NCBI GenBank assembly: GCA_046290465.1
Contig: JBKAGP010000001.1
Location: 224,001 to 288,000, forward strand
DNA length: 64,000 bases
Direction of reading: 5' to 3'
Origin: Planctomycetota bacterium
Lineage (GTDB): Bacteria; Planctomycetota; UBA1135; UBA2386
The notes under the pieces: generated by a model
Databases searched by the model: none
What the model was told of the DNA's origin: nothing
What the model saw: the letters and a program-made list of their open reading frames with translations, nothing else
Translations under genes and position numbers: made by a program
Part shown: piece after piece, positions 1-11,344 of the stretch
How the letters are laid out: every line of letters starts with the position of its first letter
Position numbering within the stretch: the stretch's first letter is position 1

Positions 1-1319
1 GCGAACACCAAGAACGTGCTGCCGGCCGGGTGGAAGCCGCCGTGCAGCGCGATGCCGTTGAGGACCGCGCCCATGCCGTGCTCACGGATGCCGTAGTGCA
101 GCGTGCGGCCGGCGCGGTCCTCGCGCGTGAACGAGCCGTCGGCCTTGATCGCGGTCTTGCACGACGGGTCGAGGTCGGCGCTGCCCGATACCATGCCCGG
201 CATCAGCTCGGCGGCCTTCTGGATCACCTTGCCGCTGGTCGCGCGGGTCGCCGCCTTGTCGTCGCCGGCGGCCGCGAGCAGTTGCTCGAACAGGTCCGCC
301 GGAGTCTCGCGGGAGAGCATTGCGTCCCACCTGGCGGCGGCAGCGGCGTTCTGCTGGCGCCAGGCGTCGAAGTCGCCGTGCCACTGCTTGCGCGCCGCTT
401 CGTTGTCGGCCTTGCGCAGCCGGAAGATCTCGCGCGCCTTGTCGTCGACGTAGAAGTCCTCGGCCGGCAGGCCCAGCGCCTGCTTGCTGAGCGCGACTTC
501 CTCGTCGCCGAGCGGGGCGCCGTGCACGCCGTGGGTGTTGGCCTTGTTGGGGCTGCCCTTGCCGATCGTGGTCTTGCAGCAGATCAGCGTCGGCCGCGAC
601 TCGCTCGGTGGCGTGCGCGCGCCGGTCGCGATCGACAGCGCCTTGCGCACCTGGTCGACATCGTGGCCGTCGCAGTGCAGCACGCGCCAGCCCTGCGCTT
701 CGAACCGCTTCTGGATGTCTTCGCCGGTCGCGAGGTCGGTGTGGCCCTCGATCGTGATGTGGTTGTCGTCGAACAGGCAGACCAGGTTGCCGAGGCCGAG
801 GTGGCCGGCGAGGCCGGCGGCCTCGTAGCTGATGCCCTCCATCAGGTCACCGTCGCCGACCGTGACGAACACCCGGGAGCACAGCAGGTCCGTGCCGGTG
901 CGCGCGGCGGCCATCTTGGATGCGATCGCCATGCCGACGGCGTTGGCGAACCCCTGGCCGAGCGGGCCGGTGGTGGTCTCGACGCCGACCGTGTCGCCGA
1001 ACTCGGGGTGGCCCGGCGTCTTGCTGTGCAGCTGACGGAACTGCCTGAGGTCGTCGAGCGTGACCGGGTAGTCGGCCAGGTGCAGCAGCGCGTAGAGCAG
1101 CATCGAGCCGTGGCCGCCCGACAGCACGAACCGGTCGCGGCCCATCCATTCGGGTTCTTCCGGCGACCAGCGCAGGAACTCGGTCCAGAGCACCGCGGCG
1201 ACCTCGGCCATGCCCATCGGCATGCCGGGGTGGCCGGAGTTGGCCTTCTGCACGGCGTCCATGGCGAGGCCACGGATGGTGTTGGCGACGGGGGTGAGGT
1301 CGTGCGTGGTCGCGGTCAT
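1..1319 (-). CDS. tkt: Transketolase (3' end runs off the window)
   Basis: Manual minus-strand translation from ATG 1319: MTATTHDLTPVANTIRGLAMDAVQKANSGHPGMPMG, DRFVLSGGHGSMLLY, TPGHPE, GPLGQG, GDGDLMEG (TPP motif), YGIREHGM. Confidence 0.97.
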   Translation of the reverse strand, partial: MTATTHDLTPVANTIRGLAMDAVQKANSGHPGMPMGMAEVAAVLWTEFLRWSPEEPEWMGRDRFVLSGGHGSMLLYALLHLADYPVTLDDLRQFRQLHSKTPGHPEFGDTVGVETTTGPLGQGFANAVGMAIASKMAAARTGTDLLCSRVFVTVGDGDLMEGISYEAAGLAGHLGLGNLVCLFDDNHITIEGHTDLATGEDIQKRFEAQGWRVLHCDGHDVDQVRKALSIATGARTPPSESRPTLICCKTTIGKGSPNKANTHGVHGAPLGDEEVALSKQALGLPAEDFYVDDKAREIFRLRKADNEAARKQWHGDFDAWRQQNAAAAARWDAMLSRETPADLFEQLLAAAGDDKAATRATSGKVIQKAAELMPGMVSGSADLDPSCKTAIKADGSFTREDRAGRTLHYGIREHGMGAVLNGIALHGGFHPAGSTFLVF

Positions 1320-1548
1320 TGGCTCCGGCAACATAGCGAAGCGGTGCACCCGGGAGAACGGTGTGCTCGGCCGCGATCCGGCCCGGGCTCTGGACGGGAT
1401 GTGGAAACCCGATGGCGCCATGTCGGCAACCTGTTCGGCCACGCCAACTAGGAGGCCGTGCGGCGGCGCGACCGGCCGCCGCGTGCTAGCATCGCCAGCA
1501 GAAAAAGGTGGCGGCCGACCCGGCCGTCGATGTCACGAAGGAGAATCC

Positions 1549-2757
1549 ATGCACAAGTCCCTGTCGTCGCAGTTCCCGGTCTCGCTGGTCCTGGTCTCGC
1601 AGTTCCTCGTCTCACTTGTTCTCGTTTCGCTGGCGCCGCTCGCGGCGCAGACCACCTGGCTGGTCAATCCGTTCGGTGGGCCTGGTGTGCAGTTCCCCGA
1701 CGTGCAGAGCGCCGTGAACGCGGCGGCCGACGGCGACACGATCCTGGTGCAGCAGGCGTTCCTGGCTGGGGCGACCGGATTCACGACCAGCAAGGGGCTC
1801 ACGATCGTGGGGATCGGCGGCAGCGTGCCCCTCGACACGACCCACCTCGACCCGGTGCGGGTGACCGGCTTGCCGGCGACCAGCACGTTCCGGATGAGCG
1901 GCTTCCGGCGGATCAGCAACGGCATGCTGCACCTGGTCGTCGAGAACTGCGCCGGGCCGGTGCACCTCGACCAGATCGTCGCGCAGGAGAACGCCAACGG
2001 CCCCGAGTTCGGCCCGTCGCTGCAGGTCTACCAGTCCGACCAGGTCACGGTGCGCGAGTGCGTGTTGTTCGGCGGCCCTGCCGTGCAGGTCGACAGCAGC
2101 CGCGTGCTGCTCAGCAGTTGCCAGCTCGGGATGACCCAGATCAACCTCGGCGGCGGCGAATGCCTGACCGCCAACCACTCGCAGGTCGAGGTCGTCGCGC
2201 CGCGCTTCGACACGGGCGTCGCCGTCACGGCCGCGGTGCAGACGCTCAACAGCGACCTGATCGTCTCGGGTGCGGCGTCGAGCCACATCCGCAACGGTCC
2301 GGTGGGGCCGCTCTCGGGCGGCTACGCGATCGTCGCCAACGGGGGCTCGGTCGTCTACGACCCTCGCATCGAGATGAGCCTGGCCTTTCCGTGGGGCGTC
2401 GCGATCGCCGGCACGGCCAGCAAGAGCGCCACCGAGGTCTCTGGCACCTGGGCCCAGCGGACGCCGAGCGCTCCCGACGTGACGGTCGCGACGGTCGCGC
2501 CGGCCGGCGCGTTCGTCGGCATGGCGATCGGGGCGCCCGGACCGTTGGCCAGCACCCCGCTCGGCGTGCTCGGCATCGATCCGCTGCAGCCGTACGGCTT
2601 TCTGCCGGTGGCGACCGCGCCTGCCGGCGGAGTCGTCACGACGACGCTGCCGATCGCGCCGACGCTGACGCTCGGCACGGCCTACGCGGTGCAGGCGGCG
2701 GTGCTGGCGCCGGGCCTGCTCGAGCTGAGCCTGCCGTCGACGTTCGTGGTGTTCTGA
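1549..2757 (+). CDS. Secreted protein with pectin-lyase-like beta-helix N-terminus and C-terminal beta-rich domain
   Basis: AAGGAG RBS before ATG 1549; signal peptide ending LAAQ; DVQSAVNAAADGDTILV start typical of beta-helix proteins. Confidence 0.75.
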   Translation: MHKSLSSQFPVSLVLVSQFLVSLVLVSLAPLAAQTTWLVNPFGGPGVQFPDVQSAVNAAADGDTILVQQAFLAGATGFTTSKGLTIVGIGGSVPLDTTHLDPVRVTGLPATSTFRMSGFRRISNGMLHLVVENCAGPVHLDQIVAQENANGPEFGPSLQVYQSDQVTVRECVLFGGPAVQVDSSRVLLSSCQLGMTQINLGGGECLTANHSQVEVVAPRFDTGVAVTAAVQTLNSDLIVSGAASSHIRNGPVGPLSGGYAIVANGGSVVYDPRIEMSLAFPWGVAIAGTASKSATEVSGTWAQRTPSAPDVTVATVAPAGAFVGMAIGAPGPLASTPLGVLGIDPLQPYGFLPVATAPAGGVVTTTLPIAPTLTLGTAYAVQAAVLAPGLLELSLPSTFVVF

Positions 2758-2814
2758 TCGGCAGAACCCGACGGTGCGATGGAACCTGCCGCGCTGTCCC
2801 GCGAACATCGCGGC

Positions 2815-4020
2815 ATGAGCCGTTCGCATCGCATCGAGTTCGACAACCGGCGCGGCCAGAGCCTCGCCGGCCGCCTGGAGCTGCCGCCGACCGAGCCTCG
2901 CGCGTTCGCGCTGTTCGCGCACTGCTTCACCTGCGGCAAGGACGTCGCGGCGGCGACGCGCATCAGCCGGGCGCTGGCGGCGAAGGGCTTCGGGGTGCTG
3001 CGCTTCGACTTCACCGGGCTCGGCAACAGCGGCGGGGACTTCGCCAACCAGAACTTCTCGTCGAACGTCGACGATCTGGTCGCCGCCGCCGAGTGGCTGC
3101 GGGCCAACCACGGCGCGCCCAGGCTGCTGGTCGGCCACAGCCTCGGCGGCGCGGCGGTGCTGGTCGGCGCCGCCCGCCTGCCGGACGTCGAGGCGGTGGT
3201 CACGATCGGCGCGCCGAGCCATCCCGAGCACGTCACGCACCTGCTGCAGGGCAGCCTCGACACGATCCGCAGCGAAGGCAGCGCGCAGGTGCAGCTGGCG
3301 GGGCGGCCGTTCACAATCCAGAGCCAGTTCCTCGACGACCTCGAGCAGCAGGAGGTGCGCGGCACGCTGAAGACGCTGGGCAAGGCGACGCTGATCCTGC
3401 ACAGCCCGCAGGACGAACTGGTGCACATCGACCACGCGCGCAAGCTCTACGCGCAGCTCGAGCACCCGAAGAGCTTCGTGTCGCTCGACAGCGCCGACCA
3501 CCTGCTGACCAGCAAGGGGGACTCGCAGTACGTCGCCGACGTGATCAGCGCCTGGGCGGGCCGCTACTTGCCGCCGATCGACCACCCGGACACCGAGCAC
3601 GGCACCGTTCGCGTCACCGGCCGCGCCGATGGCTTCCTGCAGCTGTGCACGGCGGGCGAGCACGACTGGCTGGCGGACGAACCGCGCAAGGTCGGCGGCA
3701 CCGACCTCGGTCCGACGCCGTACGACCTGCTGCTGGCGGCGCTCGGGACCTGCACGTCGATGACGCTCGGCATGTACGCGCGCCACAAGCAGCTGCCGCT
3801 GGAGTCGGTGACGGTGGAGCTGCAGCACGACCGGATCCACGCGCAGGACTGCGAGGACTGCGACCAGCAGGAGGCCCGGGTCGACCGCATCCGCCGCGTG
3901 CTGACGATCGAGGGCGAACTCGACCAGACGCAGCGCGCGCGGCTGCTCGAGATCGCCGATCGCTGCCCGGTGCACCGGACGCTCGAGAACCAGATCCAGG
4001 TGGAGACGCGGCTGTCATGA
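2815..4020 (+). CDS. Bifunctional alpha/beta hydrolase-OsmC family protein
   Basis: FAHCFTCGKD, LRFDFTGLG and GHSLGG in the hydrolase part; GPTPYDLLLAALGTC and RCPVHRTLE in the OsmC part. Confidence 0.92.
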   Translation: MSRSHRIEFDNRRGQSLAGRLELPPTEPRAFALFAHCFTCGKDVAAATRISRALAAKGFGVLRFDFTGLGNSGGDFANQNFSSNVDDLVAAAEWLRANHGAPRLLVGHSLGGAAVLVGAARLPDVEAVVTIGAPSHPEHVTHLLQGSLDTIRSEGSAQVQLAGRPFTIQSQFLDDLEQQEVRGTLKTLGKATLILHSPQDELVHIDHARKLYAQLEHPKSFVSLDSADHLLTSKGDSQYVADVISAWAGRYLPPIDHPDTEHGTVRVTGRADGFLQLCTAGEHDWLADEPRKVGGTDLGPTPYDLLLAALGTCTSMTLGMYARHKQLPLESVTVELQHDRIHAQDCEDCDQQEARVDRIRRVLTIEGELDQTQRARLLEIADRCPVHRTLENQIQVETRLS

Positions 4021-5276
4021 CCCAGCGCATTCCCTGCAAGGTCGGCGGCTGCGAGCGCCAGATCCTGCCCGCCACGGCCAAGGACACCGGCGGCATGTGC
4101 ATGCCCTGCCACCTGGGCTGGGGCCATCCGGACCGCAAGCCGACAATGCCTGCGCAGGTCGACCGGTTCGCCGGTGTCGACGATCCGGTCGAGATCCTGG
4201 TGCGGCACTTCGATGCGCCGAAGCCCGACGGCACCGTCTACCTCGATCCACCCGAGCCGGTGCACGCATACTTCGAACGCCTGACGCCGGCCGAGCAGGA
4301 GCGGCTGCGCGACGCGGCGGTCGACCTGATCGCGCGCGGGATCCGCCACGGCGAGCAGCTGGCGATCGCGATCGCCTGCCAGACGTCGGCCGAGGTGCGA
4401 CCGGTGCAGCTGGCGCTGCTGGACCAGGAACGGCTGCTGGCGCCGGCCGCCTTCGCCGGCGCTGCGGCCGACGTGCGCGATCGGCTGTTGGCCCGGCTGG
4501 CCGTCGCCGATCGCCGCGAGCTGTGGGCCGTGCTGGAGGCATTGGCGTGGTGCCGAGACGAGGTCGTGGTCGCGCGATTCGCCGGGTGGCGGGCGACGCC
4601 GCCGCCGTGGTGGACCCGGTTCGGGGGTGAGCTGTGCGAGGTGACGCACCGGGCCGGGTGGGAACTCGACGAGCGCGGTGCCTGCCGTGCGCTGACGACG
4701 GACCGCTGCTACGAGCTGGTCGAGCGGCCGGACGACGGTGCTCCCGGCGCGGTCGGCGATGCGGCCGGCGATGGGGCCGCCGAGCAGGCCGGCGTGGGGG
4801 TCACGGTGCGCAACGGGCAGGCCTGTCCGAGCTGCGGCAACCCGGTCTACGACCTGCTGCGCGTTCGCGAGAGGGCGGGCGTGCTCGCCGTGCCGCTGTG
4901 TCCTGCGTGCCTCTACCACGTCGGCCCGCAGCGCGGCGTGTTCGACGACGCCGGCCGCAGCCGCTTGCTCGCGCCCGACGAAGGCGCCGACGGTGGGCAG
5001 CAGTACGACCCGCTGCCCGAGGATGCGCTGCGCCGGGGTCGGCGGCGGCCGCCGCGGTGGGCGATCGAGTGGGGCGCGGCCCCGGCCTCGCAGCTCGGCG
5101 GACATCCGACCTGGGTGCAGAGCAGCGAGTATCCGTCGTGCCCGACGTGCCGGCGCACGATGCGGTTCGTCGGCCAGCTCGACACCGAGGACCTGGAGCT
5201 CGGCATGGAGGGCTTCCACTACGCGTTCGCGTGCCGATCGTGCCGGACCACCGCCGCGGTGTTCCAGTGCAGCTGA
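4017..5276 (+). CDS. Cys-rich hypothetical protein, DUF1963/YwqG-like C-terminus
   Basis: ATGA overlap with the upstream stop; SQLGGHPTWVQ..YPSCPTC..MRFVGQ; three Cys-pair sets. Confidence 0.7.
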   Translation: MTQRIPCKVGGCERQILPATAKDTGGMCMPCHLGWGHPDRKPTMPAQVDRFAGVDDPVEILVRHFDAPKPDGTVYLDPPEPVHAYFERLTPAEQERLRDAAVDLIARGIRHGEQLAIAIACQTSAEVRPVQLALLDQERLLAPAAFAGAAADVRDRLLARLAVADRRELWAVLEALAWCRDEVVVARFAGWRATPPPWWTRFGGELCEVTHRAGWELDERGACRALTTDRCYELVERPDDGAPGAVGDAAGDGAAEQAGVGVTVRNGQACPSCGNPVYDLLRVRERAGVLAVPLCPACLYHVGPQRGVFDDAGRSRLLAPDEGADGGQQYDPLPEDALRRGRRRPPRWAIEWGAAPASQLGGHPTWVQSSEYPSCPTCRRTMRFVGQLDTEDLELGMEGFHYAFACRSCRTTAAVFQCS

Positions 5277-5280
5277 GCCG

Positions 5281-5748
5281 CTACAGCTCGCGCGTCATGC
5301 AGATGCTGAAGCCGTCGTCGACGTAGTCGCCGAACGGCGGGCACGGCGCGAAGCCGAAGCGCCGGTAGAGGCTGCGCGCCGGTGCGAACGCCTCGTTGTT
5401 GCCGGTCTCGAGGCTGAGTCTGCGGTAGCCCCGCTGGCGCGCCGTGGCCAGCATGTGCTCCATCAGCTGCGCGGCGACGCCACGGCGCAGGTGGCTGGTC
5501 GCGGTGCGCATCGACTTGAGTTCGCCGTGTGCGGGGCCGAGTTCGCGCAGCGCGCCGCAGCCGGCCAGCTGGTCGCCGTCGTAAACGGTCCAGAAGGTCA
5601 CGTCGGGCGCGCGCAGGCCGTCAAGGTCGAGCGCGTGCACCGCGCCGGGCGGCGAGTTCTGCGCCGCCATCTCGAGGTGCTCCTGCAGCAGCGCCTGGAT
5701 CGCTTCGCCGCGCAGGTCGTCGACGCGCAGTTCGAAGCGGCCGGGCAT
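5281..5748 (-). CDS. GNAT N-acetyltransferase (YsnE/YedL-like)
   Basis: GELKSMRT, RRGVA acetyl-CoA motif, LSLETG, LYRRFGF. Confidence 0.9.
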   Translation of the reverse strand: MPGRFELRVDDLRGEAIQALLQEHLEMAAQNSPPGAVHALDLDGLRAPDVTFWTVYDGDQLAGCGALRELGPAHGELKSMRTATSHLRRGVAAQLMEHMLATARQRGYRRLSLETGNNEAFAPARSLYRRFGFAPCPPFGDYVDDGFSICMTREL

Positions 5749-5752
5749 CGGC

Positions 5753-6093
5753 TCAGTGGCCTTCCTTGACCATGTTGACGTTCCAGGACGGGATCACGAT
5801 CTCGACCCTGCCGTCCTCGGGCAGCCGCTCGAGCCGCGCCTGGCAGCCGAGCCGCGAGTCGAGCGCGACGTCGCGCGCCTCGTCGAGCTGGTCGAGCTCG
5901 TCGTCGCTGGCCTCGGGGAAGCAGTCGAAGCCGTGCTTGATCTTGACGTGACAGGTCGAGCACGCGCAGACGCCGCCGCATGCGTGGTCGAGTTCGACTC
6001 CCTGCTGCAGGGCCGCTTCGAGGATGGACTGGCCGACCGCGAGCTTCAGCTCCTTGGTCTCGCCGTCCGCGTTGACGATCAGGCGGGCTTCGC

Positions 6094-6097
<4 letters not shown>
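5753..6097 (-). CDS. fdx: ISC-type [2Fe-2S] ferredoxin
   Basis: [14 protein letters not shown] and SRLGCQ; last isc gene. Confidence 0.95.
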
Positions 6098-7928
<1,831 letters not shown>

Positions 7929-7932
<4 letters not shown>

Positions 7933-8429
7933 GACTTGGCTTCGAGGTCGTGCAGGGCCTTCAGGTGGTAGTGCGACTGGTGCACGCGGCGCGCCGCCGC
8001 GGCGAAGTCCCGGTCGGCGACCGCGCGCTGCAGCGCGTCGAAGTCGGCGTCGACCGCGGCCTGCAGCTTGTCGGTCAACGCGGCGCTGCGGTCGCTGTCG
8101 GCGAACGCGACCTCCTCGGCCAGCTCCAGCGCCTCGGCCAGGAACATCGGGTCGAGCTTCTTGTTGGCCTCGAGCACGCCGGGCTGCTCGGCTTCGAGTA
8201 GCGCACGGGCGCGCTTCCAGCGGTCGCGCAGCACGTTCCAGGCGTCGTTGATCTCGGCGGCGCGCTGCAGCACGGCGACGCAGTCGTCGGAGTTCTCGGA
8301 CCGGTTGTGGTCCGGATGGCAGTCGCGCGAGAGCTTGAGGTAGCGGAGCTCGAGATCGTTCGGGTCGAGGTCCAGCGTGCGGGGGACGCCGAACACCGCG
8401 AACGCGTCGGGGGCGGGGACGTGGATCAC
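7929..8429 (-). CDS. hscB: Co-chaperone HscB (J-domain)
   Basis: HPD motif (CHPD), [21 protein letters not shown] start at 8429 assumed. Confidence 0.88.
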
Positions 8430-8440
8430 GGCTGTGGCTG

Positions 8441-8842
8441 CTACGCGCTGAACGACGTGCCGCAACCGCAGGTGCCGGACGCCTGCGGGTTCTTGAAGAC
8501 GAAGCCGCGGTCGAGCAGACCGTCGTTGAAGTCCAGCTCGGTGCCGCCCATGAAGAACTCGCTCTTCTTGTCGACGACGATCTTCACGCCGTGCTGCTCG
8601 AACGTCAGGTCGAACTCGGTCGGGCCGGCTTGGTCGAAGTCGAGCACGTAGGTGAAGCCCGAGCAGCCGCCGCCCTTGGCGCCGATGCGCACCCAGGTCG
8701 ACTCCTCCGGGAACTTCTGCTCCGCGATGACCCGCTGGATCTCCTTGGCGGCGCGTTCCGTCAGCTGCACGCCGCGGCTCGGCTTGGCCTTCGGCTCCTC
8801 GGTGTCGCTGCCGGTCTGGTTGCTCTCGGTGGTGTCGCTCAC
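8441..8842 (-). CDS. iscA: A-type Fe-S carrier IscA/HesB
   Basis: GGGCSGFTY and CGCGTSF; GTG start overlaps the iscU stop. Confidence 0.93.
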   Translation of the reverse strand: MSDTTESNQTGSDTEEPKAKPSRGVQLTERAAKEIQRVIAEQKFPEESTWVRIGAKGGGCSGFTYVLDFDQAGPTEFDLTFEQHGVKIVVDKKSEFFMGGTELDFNDGLLDRGFVFKNPQASGTCGCGTSFSA

Positions 8843-9249
8843 GACTTGGCCTCCTCCTCCGCGGGGAGCTTGCCGTTCTTGCGCTTCCAGTCGTCGATCG
8901 CGGCCTTGATGGCGTCCTCGGCGAGCACCGAGCAGTGGATCTTGACCGGCGGCAGCGCGAGCTCCTCGACGATCTGGGTGTTCTTGATCTGCGCGGCGGC
9001 GTCGATCGTCGTGCCCTTGAGCCACTCGGTGGCGAGCGACGACGAGGCGATCGCCGAGCCGCAGCCGTAGGTCTTGAACTTGGCGTCGACGATCTTGCCG
9101 CCGTCGTCGACCTTGATCTGCAGCTTCATCACGTCACCACACTCCGGTGCGCCGACGACGCCGGTGCCGACGTCCTCGGCGTCCTTGTCGAGCGAGCCGA
9201 CGTTGCGCGGGTTTTGGTAGTGGTCGAGGACCTTGTCGCTGTAGGCCAT
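8839..9249 (-). CDS. iscU: Fe-S scaffold IscU
   Basis: MAYSDKVLDHYQNPRNVG, PECGDVM, GCGSAIAS, LPPVKIHC (HscA-binding LPPVK). Confidence 0.98.
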   Translation of the reverse strand: MAYSDKVLDHYQNPRNVGSLDKDAEDVGTGVVGAPECGDVMKLQIKVDDGGKIVDAKFKTYGCGSAIASSSLATEWLKGTTIDAAAQIKNTQIVEELALPPVKIHCSVLAEDAIKAAIDDWKRKNGKLPAEEEAKS

Positions 9250-9308
9250 GGTTGGGTTCGCTGTTGGTTGGTGCTTTGGTTGTTTCGGTTGCTGTTGGGT
9301 CGTGGCGA

Positions 9309-10523
9309 TCAGTGCATCGTCCACTTGACCTGGCTGAGATCGACGCCCTCCTGGACCATCTCCCACAGCGGGCTCATCTCGCGCAGGCGCTTGACCTCGG
9401 TGATCACGCGATCGGCGGCGAAGTCGACCTCCTGCTCGGTGGTGAACCGGCCGAGCGAGAAGCGGATCGAGCTGTGCGCGAGTTCGTCGCCGAGGCCGAG
9501 GCTCTTCAGCACGTAGCTCGGCTCGAGGCTCGCCGACGTGCACGCGGAGCCCGACGACACGGCGACCTCCTTGATGCCCATCAGCAGCGACTCGCCCTCG
9601 ACATACGGGAACGAGATGTTGGTCAGGTGCGGCAGGCGGTGCTCCGGGTCGCCGTTGATGACGGCGTCCGGCAGCTCCTTCAGGATCCGGTCCTGCAGCC
9701 GGTCGCGCAGCGCGATCAGCTTGTCGACCTCGGTGGCCATCTCCTCGCGGCAGATCCGCGCGGCCTCGCCCATGCCGACGATGCCGGTCACGTTGAGCGT
9801 GCCCGAGCGCATGCCGCGCTCGTGGCCGCCGCCGTCCATCTGCGACGTCAGGCGAACGCGCGGGTTCTTGCGGCGGACGTAGAGGCAGCCGACGCCCTTG
9901 GGGCCGTACATCTTGTGCGCGCTGAGCGACAGCAGGTCGATGTTCTGGTCCTCGACGTCGAGCGGCAGCTTGCCGGCCGCCTGGGTCGCGTCGGTGTGGA
10001 ACAGCGTGCCCTTCGCCTTGCAGAGCGCGCCGATCTCCTTCAGCGGGTGGGCGGTGCCGACCTCGTTGTTGGCGGCCATCAGCGAGACCAGGATGGTCTT
10101 GTCGGTGATCGCGTTCTCGAGCTGCTTCAGGTCGACGTGGCCCTTGGCGTCGACGTCGAGCCAGGTCACCTCGTAGCCCTGGGTCTCCAGGTACTTCATC
10201 GGGTCGAGCACGGCCTTGTGCTCGGTCACCGCGGTGATCAGGTGGTTGCCCTTCTGCTTGTACATCTGGGCGACGCCCTTGATCGCGAGGTTGTTGGCCT
10301 CGGTCGAGCCGCTCGTCCAGAGCACCTCCTTCGGGTGCGCGCCGATCAGCTGCGCGACCTGGCCGCGCGCTTCCTCGACCGCGGCCTCGGCCGTCCACCC
10401 AAACGAGTGGCTGCGGCTGGCGGCGTTGCCGAAGGTATCGGTGAAGAAGGGCACCATGCGCTCGACGACCCGCGGGTCGCACGGCGTCGTGGCGCTGTAG
10501 TCGAGATAGATCGGCTTGTTCAT
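9309..10523 (-). CDS. iscS: Cysteine desulfurase IscS
   Basis: [20 protein letters not shown] (PLP Lys), SSGSACTS. Confidence 0.98.
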   Translation of the reverse strand: MNKPIYLDYSATTPCDPRVVERMVPFFTDTFGNAASRSHSFGWTAEAAVEEARGQVAQLIGAHPKEVLWTSGSTEANNLAIKGVAQMYKQKGNHLITAVTEHKAVLDPMKYLETQGYEVTWLDVDAKGHVDLKQLENAITDKTILVSLMAANNEVGTAHPLKEIGALCKAKGTLFHTDATQAAGKLPLDVEDQNIDLLSLSAHKMYGPKGVGCLYVRRKNPRVRLTSQMDGGGHERGMRSGTLNVTGIVGMGEAARICREEMATEVDKLIALRDRLQDRILKELPDAVINGDPEHRLPHLTNISFPYVEGESLLMGIKEVAVSSGSACTSASLEPSYVLKSLGLGDELAHSSIRFSLGRFTTEQEVDFAADRVITEVKRLREMSPLWEMVQEGVDLSQVKWTMH

Positions 10524-10539
10524 CTAACTGGGGTTGCCG

Positions 10540-11226
10540 CTACTGGGTTTGCCGCTGCTGGGGGTTGCCGGTGCGCGCCGCGTCGCCACCGCTGGTCGAC
10601 CCTTCGGTGGCGTCGCCGGTGGTGGCGTCTGCGGACGAGCAGACAGGGGTCATGGCGCACAGTTCGTCGAGGTGGATCTCGGCGAACAGCTTGCGGATGC
10701 GCTCGTGCACGACGCGCATCGGTTGCTTGCTGGGGCAGAACGCGATCAGCGCGCAGTCGGTGCTGCCGGTCGACGCTGTGGACGCGTCGTTGCCGGCCAT
10801 GCTCGGTGCCTGCGGCAGCAGGCCGGAGGCGGCCGAGTCGCCGTGTACTGAGTCCCCATCTACCGAGTCCCCATCTACCGAGTCCTCGTGTACTGAGTCC
10901 TCCTGTGAAGGCTCGTCGTGCGAGACACAGTCGACCAGCACGAACTTGCCCTCGACGACCTCGAGGATCTGGCCGAGCGTGATCTCGCTGGGGGCGTGCG
11001 CCAGGCGATAGCCGCCGCGCAGGCCGCGCACCGAGTCGAGCAGGTCGTGCCGCGCGAACTCCTTGAGCAGGTTGGCGACGACGCTCTTGTTGAGGCCCGC
11101 CTGGCGCGCGATCTCGTGCGCGCTGACCACGGTGTCCTCGGCGCTACCCCCGGGGTAGGCACCCTGGCGGGCGATGGCGCCCAGCAGGAACACGGCGTAG
11201 TCGGCTTTCTTGGAGATCCGCAGCAT
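10540..11226 (-). CDS. Rrf2-family regulator of the isc operon
   Basis: MLRISKKADYA, SVRGLRGGYRLA, three Cys; first gene of the isc operon. Confidence 0.9.
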   Translation of the reverse strand: MLRISKKADYAVFLLGAIARQGAYPGGSAEDTVVSAHEIARQAGLNKSVVANLLKEFARHDLLDSVRGLRGGYRLAHAPSEITLGQILEVVEGKFVLVDCVSHDEPSQEDSVHEDSVDGDSVDGDSVHGDSAASGLLPQAPSMAGNDASTASTGSTDCALIAFCPSKQPMRVVHERIRKLFAEIHLDELCAMTPVCSSADATTGDATEGSTSGGDAARTGNPQQRQTQ

Positions 11227-11242
11227 GTGCTTTCGGGCGGGA

Positions 11243-11267
11243 AAGTAGACCTGGTTTGGGGCTCATT
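11243..11267. promoter_or_regulatory. Possible Rrf2 operator (imperfect palindrome)
   Basis: AAGTAGACC-N7-GGGCTCATT, 6/9 complementary, just upstream of the Rrf2 gene in the divergent rrf2/ygfZ gap. Confidence 0.3.
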
Positions 11268-11344
11268 CAACGGATCGGCTGGAAAAAGCCCTGAATCGAG
11301 GCACATTTGAACCCAAGAACGCCGACGCCGGAATCCCCGCCGCC

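Noticed and set aside
30..1451. Long plus-strand ORF and the many other long Arg/Ala/Pro-rich ORFs (e.g. 57643-61494, 45029-48064, 20606-22693)
   Set aside because: Antisense or off-frame shadows of recognisable genes, expected in high-GC DNA; no family motifs.
1458..5276. ORF-track giant proteins (1272 aa here; also 48179-52261, 19521-22880, 55022-57478, 53562-56183) as true fusions
   Set aside because: Only the 3' parts have protein-like composition; the upstream parts overlap other genes in a different frame or strand. Real starts were reassigned.
9250..9308. C/A-rich low-complexity spacer between iscS and iscU as an sRNA or small ORF
   Set aside because: No structure or convincing ORF; more simply an unstructured translation leader or decayed repeat.
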